Shown here in pieces: positions 51,520 to 60,039 of a stretch of 64,000 nt of DNA. Both the position numbers and the translations under genes were made by a program. A model generated the notes under the pieces. That model saw only the letters and a program-made list of their open reading frames with translations, did no database searches and was not told the origin of the DNA. Where the stretch lies: the NCBI GenBank assembly GCA_938091995.1, contig CALKNZ010000027.1:3150-67149 (forward strand), in the 5' to 3' direction. How positions within the stretch are numbered: position 1 is the stretch's first letter; each line of letters starts with the position of its first letter. The DNA comes from an uncultured Luminiphilus sp. Its GTDB lineage: Bacteria; Pseudomonadota; Gammaproteobacteria; Pseudomonadales; Halieaceae.

Positions 51520-51783
51520 ATGGAACTATCTGCTGAACTGAGTTTGTATCCACTAACAGGTAACGTCGACACCTCCGTGCTCGCATTTATCGAAGATCTT
51601 CAGGAATCAGGGCACATTTCAGTGGTCACCAACACGATGAGCACACAAATATCTGGGGAATGGGATGCTGTCATGACTGCGGTGAACACTGCTCTAAAAC
51701 GCAGCAGTCAGCGCATAGATCGACAAGTTTTGGTGGTGAAGTATTTGCCCAGCCACCGAATTGAGATCGGAGCAGAAGGCTAA
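51520..51783 (+). CDS. YkoF/thiamine-binding-family small protein
   Basis: AELSLYPL, TNTMSTQISGEWD motif of the YkoF/DUF77 fold; AGGAG RBS. Confidence 0.8.
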   Translation: MELSAELSLYPLTGNVDTSVLAFIEDLQESGHISVVTNTMSTQISGEWDAVMTAVNTALKRSSQRIDRQVLVVKYLPSHRIEIGAEG

Positions 51784-51786
51784 ATC

Positions 51787-52353
51787 ATGAGTGGCTATGA
51801 ACCCTTAGCCGTGACTTTAGCCTTGGCCTACGTGGTTTTTGCGATAAAGGAAAAGCGCATAGCTTGGATATTGGCCGCCGCTAGTGCCGCTCTGTACCTG
51901 CGGATATTTTTTGAAGTGGGCCTTCTTATGGAGGCCAGCCTCCAGCTGTTTTACATTCTTATGGCGATTTATGGGTGGATCGCTTGGGGGCGCGATAGCA
52001 CCAATACGCAACTTCCCATTCAGCGCTTCTCGCCTCAGCTGCACCTTAAACTACTCCTATTGGTGCTAATTATAGGCACCCTCTTTGGGCTAGTGCTGGG
52101 CCGATTTACCCACGCCAATCTGCCAATCGCGGATAGCATTACAACCATCGCAGCCCTACTAGCAACCTGGATGGTCGCCCGTAAAGTGTTAGAGAACTGG
52201 CTTTGGTGGATTGGCATTGACTTAGTTTCCATCGTGCTCTACTTAAATCGCGGGCTTGACCTTACGGCATTGTTATTTACGGGCTACGTGGTGTTGGCCA
52301 TCGCGGGATGGCTAAGCTGGAGACAGCAGTATCGGGCGCAATTACAGTGTTAG
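51787..52353 (+). CDS. pnuT: Pnu-family vitamin transporter, probably thiamine-specific PnuT
   Basis: LQLFY...YGWIAW, DSITT, MVARKVLENWLWWIGID (WxxWxxxD); substrate inferred from TPP riboswitch. Confidence 0.82.
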   Translation: MSGYEPLAVTLALAYVVFAIKEKRIAWILAAASAALYLRIFFEVGLLMEASLQLFYILMAIYGWIAWGRDSTNTQLPIQRFSPQLHLKLLLLVLIIGTLFGLVLGRFTHANLPIADSITTIAALLATWMVARKVLENWLWWIGIDLVSIVLYLNRGLDLTALLFTGYVVLAIAGWLSWRQQYRAQLQC

Positions 52354-52370
52354 AAGTTCCCCAGGAACTG

Positions 52371-53198
52371 ATGAAAAAACATGCTCTGGAGCAATTCAGA
52401 ACATGGAATACCATTCCGCCACTGAGCACCCAGCCCCGTATTGCTCAAACACTGAATCAAGGCTCTGGCCACACAGCTGTGCTTGTCATCGCCGACACTA
52501 ACTCGACCCATCAGTCTTACGTTTTGCGCTACCGCAACCCTCAGGCGACAGCGCTTGGCCTTTCATTTGAACTCGAAGTTGGCTGCATGAAAATAGCTAA
52601 CGACTATGGCCTAGCCCCCAATATTGTGTGGCTCGACATGGCCCATCGGTCAATGGTTATTGAATATCTCGCCGAATCGGGGCCTGTTTCTACCGAAGAA
52701 CTCGCAGCACTCGTCAGGTCCATTCATCGCCTGCCTCTTGAAATGCCAACTCTCAATCTACAACAACAGATGAGGCATTATTGGCGTAGTGCTCTTGAAC
52801 AGGGTAACAGCCCCTCGACACTCGTTAATCCAGAGGACCCCACAGTACAGTCAGCCATCAAAGCTCTCGAATCTGAATTACCCGTTACCTGTCACAACGA
52901 CTTAACGCCTGCAAATATACGGCGACGACATCAAGACATCATGGCTATTGATTGGGAATATGCAGCCGCAGGAAGTCCACATTTTGATATCGCTGCACTG
53001 TGTGCTGGCTGGCCCGACATTCATGCTGAATCCTTTGCCGTGGCGGTCCTAGGCGACAGGTTTTCTAAGCAGCAACTACGTATTGCGACGCGTTTTTACG
53101 CAACTATTCAGTGGAATTGGAATCGGGCCGCGGCTGAAACCTACGAAACTCCGCAATCACCAGATACACTCATTCAACATTTAGGTGCCTGCCTGTGA
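52371..53198 (+). CDS. Choline/aminoglycoside-kinase-fold phosphotransferase, probable thiamine kinase
   Basis: CHNDLTPANI and IDWEYA motifs; follows pnuT. Start uncertain (ATG 52371 or GTG 52347; ORF track 52308). Confidence 0.78.
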   Translation: MKKHALEQFRTWNTIPPLSTQPRIAQTLNQGSGHTAVLVIADTNSTHQSYVLRYRNPQATALGLSFELEVGCMKIANDYGLAPNIVWLDMAHRSMVIEYLAESGPVSTEELAALVRSIHRLPLEMPTLNLQQQMRHYWRSALEQGNSPSTLVNPEDPTVQSAIKALESELPVTCHNDLTPANIRRRHQDIMAIDWEYAAAGSPHFDIAALCAGWPDIHAESFAVAVLGDRFSKQQLRIATRFYATIQWNWNRAAAETYETPQSPDTLIQHLGACL

Positions 53199-54100
53199 TC
53201 ACCCACTGCCATGTCGCAGGCCCAGGAGCCTTAGGCGGCTTGTTTGCTTTCAGACTAAAAGCCGCAGGCTTTCCTGTGTCTTTAATTGGGCGTAATGCGG
53301 AAAAATACGAACAACAGCTCACATTACAGACGTTAGAAGGGGAGCAAACCTCCACATTCTGCGTAGAGGGTCAACACACCGAGGGGCTCATTAGCCTTCT
53401 GTGGGTGGCCACCAAATCCTACGCAGTCCTCGAAGCGGTCACCAGTCTCCGTCACCGATTTACACCAAAGACCGTCATTATTACTTTGGGAAATGGCATG
53501 GGGTACCACAGCGCCTTGGCCAAGCTCTTCCCCGGACAACTGATTGCCGGCTCTACAACAGCGGGTTGCAGCTCGCCCAGCGCAAGCACTCGAAAATTAG
53601 CGGGACAAGGCGAGACTCGACTGGGCTGGTGGGACCGAGTAGACGCTCCCCCGGAATGGTTTAATCAATTGCAACAAGCGCCTTGGTGCTCGAAGTGGGA
53701 AACCAATATAGAGAACGCCCTACTTGAAAAACTAGCCATCAACAGCGTGATCAATCCGATGACCGCATTAATGAATATCTCAAATGGTGCGCTTCATCAG
53801 GGCAGCCACAAGGCGATGCTGGACTCAGCTATAGGCGAAGTTGCCGCCCTATTGCATTGGTCAGGCCACTCTGCCATTGCAGAAAATCTTCCAACAAGCG
53901 TTTTCAAGGTCATCTCTGATACCGCGAAAAACTCCTCGTCAATGCGTATTGATCGTCAACGCCTCTCCAAAACGGAGCATGAGGAGATACTGGGCTACTT
54001 GCTGGAAAACTTGGCGACTACCTCTAACAAAGAAAAACCCGCTACGCCCCTCCTCTGTAGCTGGCTTAGCGCGCTGCGACAGCCCTACCCAATTCGGTAA
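53195..54100 (+). CDS. panE: Ketopantoate reductase family (PanE/ApbA)
   Basis: GPGALGG, ATKSY, NGMG, KLAINSVINPMTAL, SSMRID, TEHE. Confidence 0.87.
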   Translation: MITHCHVAGPGALGGLFAFRLKAAGFPVSLIGRNAEKYEQQLTLQTLEGEQTSTFCVEGQHTEGLISLLWVATKSYAVLEAVTSLRHRFTPKTVIITLGNGMGYHSALAKLFPGQLIAGSTTAGCSSPSASTRKLAGQGETRLGWWDRVDAPPEWFNQLQQAPWCSKWETNIENALLEKLAINSVINPMTALMNISNGALHQGSHKAMLDSAIGEVAALLHWSGHSAIAENLPTSVFKVISDTAKNSSSMRIDRQRLSKTEHEEILGYLLENLATTSNKEKPATPLLCSWLSALRQPYPIR

Positions 54101-55463
54101 TGACCGACTCCCAAACCTGAGGACTTACCGACGCGGAAAAACTTTGCTGATGCACGTGGCGCAGTCCATTAACCTGATGATTAATTGTCAGCACGCAGGC
54201 GTCATGATCACAATCAAGCCTTGCGACGAAACTTTGCGCTGCCATTAGTTCGAGGCCTTGCTGGTCAATGATGCGTTCAAGTCGCGCTACAAGCCAGTCA
54301 TGGCTGAAACCCGGGGGCAACGCGGTGTTTGCTGCCACCCTCAAAGAATCTACGGTCAAAGAAGGTGCTCGGTGTACGCGCTGGTATCCGGTAAAAGCAG
54401 CGATGGCGATAAGAAAAATCAGCACTGCCATCTGAGAAGTCTTTTTCAAATGTCGTGTGAACGCTGCAAGCAAGCGCGCCCATTTGTCCGTGAGACTGTT
54501 GAGACCGGTAACCGCTGACAAACCTGATGGACTCTGATTTGATCCCTGGAATTGTTCACGCTCAGTGTTCTTTGCTACGCCTTGAACTCTGCTATCTACC
54601 GCATAGCCACCCAATAAACGTCGGCTCTCCGAGGACAGTGAGCGAATCTGCTGACGATAACGCGTTGATAAATCACTGAGGATTCCGGGATGGCTGTTAT
54701 CAGAACCTGTCAGCAGTGCAGCTGATTCCCAAAGTAAATGGGCAAAAGCCGAGAGTTCTTCGGGTTTCGCTGGTCTAGCTATAACTGTTTGACCATTTTG
54801 ATCTCGAGCAATGATCGGCAGATCGTCAGCTAACAACCAGTAAATCACACACCCCAGGGCATATTGATCGTCTAAAAAGTCCGAGACTCTGGTGTGCGCT
54901 CGCTTATGTCGTTCGAATCCGGGCGCCGCCGCTGTCGGCCTTATTGATCCATGAAGTACGCTGCTACTGAAATCAATCAACCGAATTTGACCTTGTGTAT
55001 TGACCAGGATATTAGCGGGCGTCAGATCTCCATGGACTAGACCGGCGGTTTTCAGAGGCATCAAAGTATTCAGCAAATCCATGACAATAATGAGTAACTG
55101 ACTGTCACCCATGATTACTTTCTGCGCTGAAATAAGGTTCTGGAGAGAGACGCCTTCCACAAATTCGAGCAGCAGCCAAATAGCACCCTCAAAATACTCA
55201 ACCCCATAAATTTGTGGCACAACCGATGTCGTAGCGGCCACCTTAGCCTGAGCGGCGAAGGTGGCCTGCAGGTTGGGTAAAGCGTTCTTGCCTCCCGGTT
55301 GCTCCGCTTGGAATCGCTTACAAACGAGTAATCGATTGAGCTTGGGGTCAAGGGCCAACCACGTCGTACCTTGACCCCCGACACCTAAAAATCCGTGATT
55401 CTCAAGTGGTGGCGGCAACCTCACCACCTCATGATCACGATCATTAGCGGTTAACTCCAGCAC
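54066..55463 (-). CDS. Hanks-type Ser/Thr kinase-like membrane protein with divergent catalytic motifs
   Basis: GVGGQG, VCK, LLEFVEG, HGDLTPANIL, LIDFS, DQYALG; TM segment MAVLIFLIAIAAF then about 100-aa C-terminal domain. Confidence 0.85.
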   Translation of the reverse strand: MLELTANDRDHEVVRLPPPLENHGFLGVGGQGTTWLALDPKLNRLLVCKRFQAEQPGGKNALPNLQATFAAQAKVAATTSVVPQIYGVEYFEGAIWLLLEFVEGVSLQNLISAQKVIMGDSQLLIIVMDLLNTLMPLKTAGLVHGDLTPANILVNTQGQIRLIDFSSSVLHGSIRPTAAAPGFERHKRAHTRVSDFLDDQYALGCVIYWLLADDLPIIARDQNGQTVIARPAKPEELSAFAHLLWESAALLTGSDNSHPGILSDLSTRYRQQIRSLSSESRRLLGGYAVDSRVQGVAKNTEREQFQGSNQSPSGLSAVTGLNSLTDKWARLLAAFTRHLKKTSQMAVLIFLIAIAAFTGYQRVHRAPSLTVDSLRVAANTALPPGFSHDWLVARLERIIDQQGLELMAAQSFVARLDCDHDACVLTINHQVNGLRHVHQQSFSASVSPQVWESVITELGRAVAAR

Positions 55464-57005
55464 TTAGGTCAGTCCCAAACGACGAAGCCTAGGACGTAGC
55501 GCATGATGGGAAATCTTCAACTCAAACGCCGCCTCCTTAATGGAGTCAACTCGCGCCATCATTTCTAAAATAACCGCATCCGAGAGGTCGTCCACCCGGA
55601 CAAAACCGGGGTGCGTCTCAAGTCGGCGATAAAGTGCTGGTCTGGAAATTCCTAGAACCGCAGCTGTTGCTGCAATCTCGTAGTGCTGGGATCGATAAAC
55701 CCTTTCCAGAGACTGCTCTGATAACGCTTCAGAAGCAGCGTCTTTCTGAGGATCCTGGGTTTCGCTATTTAACGGCAGCAGTGAGCCCTTATCCTGCGCG
55801 ATTAACATTACGGCATGTCGTAACTCCCGGCTATTACCGGGCCAATCATGGCTCAGCGCGTCGAAAAAAAATCGAGCCCAGTGAGCGGCAATCTCGGGTA
55901 GCTCTGAACATCTACAAGGATTCAGCGACGCTGCAACCTCGACGTCTCTATCGAGCATTGCCATAGCCTGAGGAGCAATATCTTCCGGTCGCGCACGTAG
56001 CGGCGGTATGTGCAAGGTAAAGCCCGAGATACGATGATACAGAGCCGCTCGAAATCCGTTATCTTCAGATGTCGACTGGTCCGTCGCCGCAACGATACGA
56101 ACATCCACTGTCTTTGATGATCCGCCAAGAATTTGCACCTCCCCCTGCTCAAGGGCTCGCAATAACTGTACTTGAACCTCAATCGGCGCATCCGCTATTT
56201 CGTCGAGAAACAAGGTACTCTCGTGCGCCCTCTGAAAAGCGCCCAAGCGATCAATAGCTCCCGTATAGGCACCCCGAATACTGCCAAATAACTCTGCCGC
56301 CGCCAGCTCTTGAGGGATAGCCGCCAAATTTATAACCACCAGACCCCGAGAGGCACGTGCGCTCAATTCATGAAGGGCCTGAGCGACCAGCTCTTTACCC
56401 ACACCAGATTCACCTTGAATCAAAATCGGTAAATTCGTTGGCGCAATTAACGCAATCTGATGCCACAGCCGGGACATATCAGCCGAAGCACCCGGCAATA
56501 ATTTTTGCAATAAATCTTGCGGCGCTGAATGGTTGTCTGCACCGCTGACAACCAAGCGTATTACCAACACCACAGCATGGGACAATCTTAGTGGAACACC
56601 TTTGACGAGCGCTTCATGATCCGCAATGAAGCCTTTGTGTCCACCGGCGCCAATTCGAACGCCGGCGTGGGCTGCAGCCTCCAGTCGCAAACTCAGACGG
56701 CCATCAGCATGTTGCGATACCTTAGGGGTTAATAGGCAAGCCAAGCGACTCACATACTGATCTTCCAGAGGTCGCTGATCGCTAAATTCAGGAGTGTAGC
56801 GCCCTATTGAAAGCTCACCCGGCAGGGCATCCGGGCGGCCAGTTTCCCATGGGCATAAGTCTACCCATTGTCCAATACGCTGCAGATTCGGGTGAAATAC
56901 TATGGTTAGGCGAAGCGTCGGGAGGGAATACTCCCGTTCTAACTCTCCCGTACGCAGTGCGGGTTTCGTCACCAGTTCCTGAGGCACCGCCATGATCACC
57001 TCCAA
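55464..57005 (-). CDS. Sigma54-interacting AAA+ enhancer-binding protein with FHA-like N-terminus and tandem HTH
   Basis: GESGVGKE Walker A, ELFG..GAYTGA, TLFLDEI Walker B, LLRALEQG, WPGNSREL, HTH LGISRPALYRRL; no REC domain. Confidence 0.9.
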   Translation of the reverse strand: MEVIMAVPQELVTKPALRTGELEREYSLPTLRLTIVFHPNLQRIGQWVDLCPWETGRPDALPGELSIGRYTPEFSDQRPLEDQYVSRLACLLTPKVSQHADGRLSLRLEAAAHAGVRIGAGGHKGFIADHEALVKGVPLRLSHAVVLVIRLVVSGADNHSAPQDLLQKLLPGASADMSRLWHQIALIAPTNLPILIQGESGVGKELVAQALHELSARASRGLVVINLAAIPQELAAAELFGSIRGAYTGAIDRLGAFQRAHESTLFLDEIADAPIEVQVQLLRALEQGEVQILGGSSKTVDVRIVAATDQSTSEDNGFRAALYHRISGFTLHIPPLRARPEDIAPQAMAMLDRDVEVAASLNPCRCSELPEIAAHWARFFFDALSHDWPGNSRELRHAVMLIAQDKGSLLPLNSETQDPQKDAASEALSEQSLERVYRSQHYEIAATAAVLGISRPALYRRLETHPGFVRVDDLSDAVILEMMARVDSIKEAAFELKISHHALRPRLRRLGLT

Positions 57006-57089
57006 ACCAGCCTCGTAGTGGCTGACTGTATGTTGTTACGGTGACGACCCTAAGGCTATTTGAAGATTGTTCTCACATCACTGAATAGA

Positions 57090-57896
57090 TTAGGAGACAA
57101 TCACCAAAACAGAAGCCACCACAACCCAAACTCCGAGAGCCCGTTTCAGTAATTCACGAACGTGCTCTACTTGTTGAACTGACGTTGACTCAGCGCCCGT
57201 AGAGGCCAACTCAAACCCCTGCATTAATAACTCATCTGTTCTGGCGTCGGTATCAAGTGCGTTCTCAACTAAAAACGGGCGAATATTCTCAAAGTTACCA
57301 ATAACGCCAAAGGTCACTAGCAAAACTCGCGAGGGGAGCCAGTCGAGAAGAGACAATAAGCGACCCATGGGCGCTTGTGGATTACCTGCGCCCAAAACAA
57401 CTAGTCGGTATCCAACGGCAAAAAATGGGCCGAGCAGTAAGAAATAAAACACCGGTGGGAACCAACGCTGAAACCCCTCGTAAAGCAAAAATCGAGCACC
57501 ATCGCGCTCTGCTGACACGGCATCGTCAACCTCTGGATCAGAATACCCGACGGCCTCTAACGCTAACATTGCGCCCTCTATATCTCCCGCCGCTACCCGA
57601 GATCGAAAACGGTCGACAAGCGATGGCCAGGGTAATCGCCCAAAACTGAAAAACAACGCGGGCGTACCCAGAAGCAAAACTGCTGCCGCACCAAACACTT
57701 CCTCCAAAACGGCATAAGCCAGCGTAAATCCTGCACATGGAACCACGACAAGCAGCACGAACCCCAGCCAAAAGTCGGGCTCTAATGCCTCGACCCTTCG
57801 CGCTAAAGATTGATGCCATTGATCACTGTGCAGCGGCCCGCCGGATCCGATCGCCAAGTAAAGCCCTGTTGCGACAAGAAATGCCAGATACGTCAT
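57090..57896 (-). CDS. ampE: AmpE-family membrane protein
   Basis: Multi-TM, FQRWFPPVFYF, LDWLPSR..TFGVIGNF; downstream of ampD; ATG 57896 with GGAG RBS. Confidence 0.8.
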   Translation of the reverse strand: MTYLAFLVATGLYLAIGSGGPLHSDQWHQSLARRVEALEPDFWLGFVLLVVVPCAGFTLAYAVLEEVFGAAAVLLLGTPALFFSFGRLPWPSLVDRFRSRVAAGDIEGAMLALEAVGYSDPEVDDAVSAERDGARFLLYEGFQRWFPPVFYFLLLGPFFAVGYRLVVLGAGNPQAPMGRLLSLLDWLPSRVLLVTFGVIGNFENIRPFLVENALDTDARTDELLMQGFELASTGAESTSVQQVEHVRELLKRALGVWVVVASVLVIVS

Positions 57897-57984
57897 GGTT
57901 TGCGAGTCTCCCTCTGAGCAGCCCAACCGTAAAGCTGCTGGCTTACCAATTACTGATGAGATTGCGCCTTAGAGATTAGAACAC

Positions 57985-58554
57985 CTAATCGCCGATTAAT
58001 GGCTCCAGCAACCTCTGCCAATCAAAGCACTCACCGGGGTCTGTCTTTCTCCCAGGAGCAATATCACTGTGCCCTACAATATCACCCTGAATAAGAGAAG
58101 GGTGATGGTCTCTTAGCGCTGCAATCAGTTTTCGAAGCTGCGCATACTGAACGTCAGTGTAGGCCTGGTCATCTGTACCCTCAAGCTCTATACCAATGGA
58201 GAAATCATTGCAGTTATCCCGCCCACACCAATAGGACTCACCGGCGTGCCAAGCGCGGTCGCAGGTAGCCACAAACTGTAAAATTTCGCCCAATCTGTTG
58301 AGCAAAAAATGTGCTGAGACACGAAGATGGGCGATACTCTCGAAATAAGGGTGCAATGATGGATTTAGTGTATTCGTGAAAAGTGCTTCAATGTGGTCAC
58401 CTCCAAACTCCCCTGGGGGCAAGGAGATGTTGTGCAGCACGATGAGCTGGATAGGCGCTTCTTCAGGGCGGCCATTAAAGTTAGGCGAAGCTATTTTTCG
58501 AGCTCCGGCAAGCCAGCCTTGAGAAATCGTCCAATAGTCAGCATCTGTCATCAC
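57985..58554 (-). CDS. ampD: 1,6-anhydro-N-acetylmuramyl-L-alanine amidase
   Basis: SPNFNGRP, HNISLPPGEFG, RVSAHF, RAWHAG, SIGIELEG, GHSDIAPGRKTDPG. Confidence 0.97.
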   Translation of the reverse strand: MMTDADYWTISQGWLAGARKIASPNFNGRPEEAPIQLIVLHNISLPPGEFGGDHIEALFTNTLNPSLHPYFESIAHLRVSAHFLLNRLGEILQFVATCDRAWHAGESYWCGRDNCNDFSIGIELEGTDDQAYTDVQYAQLRKLIAALRDHHPSLIQGDIVGHSDIAPGRKTDPGECFDWQRLLEPLIGD

Positions 58555-58613
58555 GTCTGCATCTTATCCCATGAGAGCGGATCACCCAAAAGGACCAAAG
58601 ACCGGGAGTCGTT

Positions 58614-59444
58614 ATGTTAAGCCTGCAGTATGTTCAGCAACTCGTAGACCTGGCGCTTGAAGAGGATATTGGCAGTGGTGATATCACTGCGGAGCTTGTT
58701 CAGTCCGACAGCCAGGCACGAGCTTTAGTGGTGAGTCGAGAGGCAGGAACTCTTTGCGGGAGCCTGTTCGTCGATACCGTTTTTTCGACCCTTGACCCCG
58801 AGATATCAATTGAATGGTTTAAATCTGACGGTGACCTGCTTGAACCCAACGACCCTTTGTTCAGCGTTCGTGGTAACGCCCGAAACATTTTGACCGGAGA
58901 GCGCACTGCCCTCAATTTTTTACAATTACTGTCGGGCACAGCCTCATTAGCCCATCGCTTCGCCCATCAGGTTTCGGGAACGGGCGTGAGACTTTTAGAT
59001 ACTCGAAAAACCATACCCGGTTTGCGGCTCGCTCAAAAATATGCAGTCACCTGCGGCGGCTGTCACAATCATCGTATTGGGCTGTTTGACGCCTTTCTGA
59101 TTAAGGAGAATCATATTGAAGCCTGCGGTGGAATTGCCGCCGCGATCTCCGCAGCTCGACATTCAGCACCCGGAAAAACCGTGGAAATTGAAGTCGAAAA
59201 CCTCAATGAACTGGCATTAGCGCTTGAGGCAAACGCTGATCGCATCATGCTAGACAACTTTAGTGAAGCCATGCTGAGAGATGCTGTCGCCGCTAACGCA
59301 GGTCAATCTGAGCTGGAGGCCTCGGGAAACGTTACCGAGCATAACCTTCGATCCATTGCCGAAACGGGAGTCGACTTTATTTCTATTGGCGCGCTGACTA
59401 AAAGGATAGAACCTCTGGATCTGTCGATGCGTTTAGAAAGCTGA
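58614..59444 (+). CDS. nadC: Quinolinate phosphoribosyltransferase
   Basis: [47 protein letters not shown]; divergent from ampD. Confidence 0.98.
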   Translation: MLSLQYVQQLVDLALEEDIGSGDITAELVQSDSQARALVVSREAGTLCGSLFVDTVFSTLDPEISIEWFKSDGDLLEPNDPLFSVRGNARNILTGERTALNFLQLLSGTASLAHRFAHQVSGTGVRLLDTRKTIPGLRLAQKYAVTCGGCHNHRIGLFDAFLIKENHIEACGGIAAAISAARHSAPGKTVEIEVENLNELALALEANADRIMLDNFSEAMLRDAVAANAGQSELEASGNVTEHNLRSIAETGVDFISIGALTKRIEPLDLSMRLES

Positions 59445-59541
59445 AACTGAGGCCACGGCGTTGAAATCGCGAAGTTGCGGGAGGCTGCCTCTACCCACTA
59501 ACAGGCACCGTTAGCATCACCCATTTGGCCCCGAATCGCAG

Positions 59542-60030
59542 CTACTGGTGTACCGGGTGCGGTGCTACTAAAACACCGTTGCGGTCGGCGTATATCCAAT
59601 TCCCCGGCACAACATTGATGCCACCCAAACTAAGCTCAACGTCACGCTGCCCCAACCCACGCTTTTCAGTTTTTATCGGCACAACACCTAGTGCAAATAC
59701 CCCAAGGGAAAGCGTGTCGATGATTTCAACATCTCGAATCGCGCCCAAGACGATCACTCCGGCCCAATGATTGTGAATCGCTTTTTTAGCGAGATTGTCC
59801 CCCAACAGGGACCGGCGCAAGGACTGCTGACCGTCGATAACAAGCACCCGACCTTCACCCGCCGAAGCAACGGCTTCGGCCACGCGTGAGTTGTCTTCAT
59901 CGCAAAAAACGGTTGCCGCAGGACCTGCGAAACACGCTACCGTCCCAAAATGCAGAAACTGGAAGGGCAGCACCTCACACTGTGGATGATCATCTGACAA
60001 ATCTGGTGTGGTAAAAGAAAAGGTAGTCAT
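59542..60030 (-). CDS. rraA: RraA family (RNase E regulator / HMG aldolase-like)
   Basis: TPDLSD, EDNS, VLVIDG, LGDNLA, AIRDV, WIYADRNG; ATG 60030 preferred. Confidence 0.88.
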   Translation of the reverse strand: MTTFSFTTPDLSDDHPQCEVLPFQFLHFGTVACFAGPAATVFCDEDNSRVAEAVASAGEGRVLVIDGQQSLRRSLLGDNLAKKAIHNHWAGVIVLGAIRDVEIIDTLSLGVFALGVVPIKTEKRGLGQRDVELSLGGINVVPGNWIYADRNGVLVAPHPVHQ

Positions 60031-60039
60031 ACCCAGCAC

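Noticed and set aside
57061-57080. CRP/Vfr-like half-site TCACA upstream of the sigma54 activator
   Set aside because: Second half-site matches poorly; not supportable.
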